From an uncultured delta proteobacterium (GTDB lineage: Bacteria > Myxococcota_A > Polyangia > Palsa-1104), in contig CAWAWS010000006.1 in NCBI GenBank assembly GCA_963785725.1, forward strand, positions 224,001 through 288,000: a stretch of DNA of 64,000 bases, in the 5' to 3' direction. The notes beneath the pieces are model-generated. The model was not told the DNA's origin, ran no database searches, and saw only the letters and a list, made by a program, of their open reading frames with translations. Positions within the stretch are counted from its first letter, which is position 1. Each line of letters starts with the position of its first letter. This document shows positions 63,631 to 64,000 of this stretch, in pieces. The position numbers and the translations under genes were made by a program.

Positions 63631-64000
63631 TTAGTGCGTGACGACGCCGGGAAGCTCGGGCGCCGCGTCGTTGCTGCCGCGCTTGGGCGCGATGTACGAC
63701 GTCAGCTCGAGCGCGCAGCGGCCGAGATCGGTGTCGGCTTCGAGGCGCAAGAGCGGGCGATCGCGATCGTCGCCGAGGAAGATCGTCAGCTTGCGCGCGG
63801 CCGGCTGCGTCCGCGCGCGGCCGTTGTCCTCGATGCGCGTGGCCACGCCCTCGATGCGAATGGCCGCGCGCGCCGGACCCTCGCCGTCGCGGTCGAGATG
63901 CACGCTCACGCCGCGCTTGACGTCGAGCTTGACGCGCCACAAGGCGGCGCCGTCGAGGACGTCGAGATCGATCTGCTGCCCGTCGAGCAACGGCAGCGCC
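63631..64000 (-). CDS. C-terminal part of a hypothetical protein (possibly DUF3108-like), 5' end outside window
   Basis: Open frame to window edge; IFLGDDRDRPLLRLEADTDLG beta-rich tail. Confidence 0.5.
   Translation of the reverse strand, partial: ALPLLDGQQIDLDVLDGAALWRVKLDVKRGVSVHLDRDGEGPARAAIRIEGVATRIEDNGRARTQPAARKLTIFLGDDRDRPLLRLEADTDLGRCALELTSYIAPKRGSNDAAPELPGVVTH

Overview
High-GC chromosomal window, most likely from a Myxococcota/Polyangia-like bacterium (MYXO-CTERM protein, Ser/Thr kinases, PEGA/TPR proteins, many Cys-rich lipoproteins). Housekeeping and metabolic genes include rsmB, rpe, tRNA-Pro, hisS, prmC, glgC, a GH57 enzyme, dksA, clpX, a TldD/TldE pair and a MoxR-DUF58-VWA operon. 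There is also one intact IS4-family element with terminal inverted repeats and a 10-bp target duplication. The best candidate for an undescribed system is a three-gene operon at 5855-12770 that looks like a cytoplasm-to-surface electron conduit: a 4x[4Fe-4S] protein fused to a four-His membrane domain, a secreted cytochrome c with about 30 hemes, and an outer-membrane beta-barrel. Other highlights are a TraA/TraB-like adhesin pair with no obvious recognition domain, a ~550-nt intergenic stretch made of long hairpins, widespread apparent leaderless gene starts, and recurrent +1 frameshifts, many at GATCTC/GAGATC, that are probably sequencing artefacts. All functional calls come from motif recognition by eye; no searches were run.
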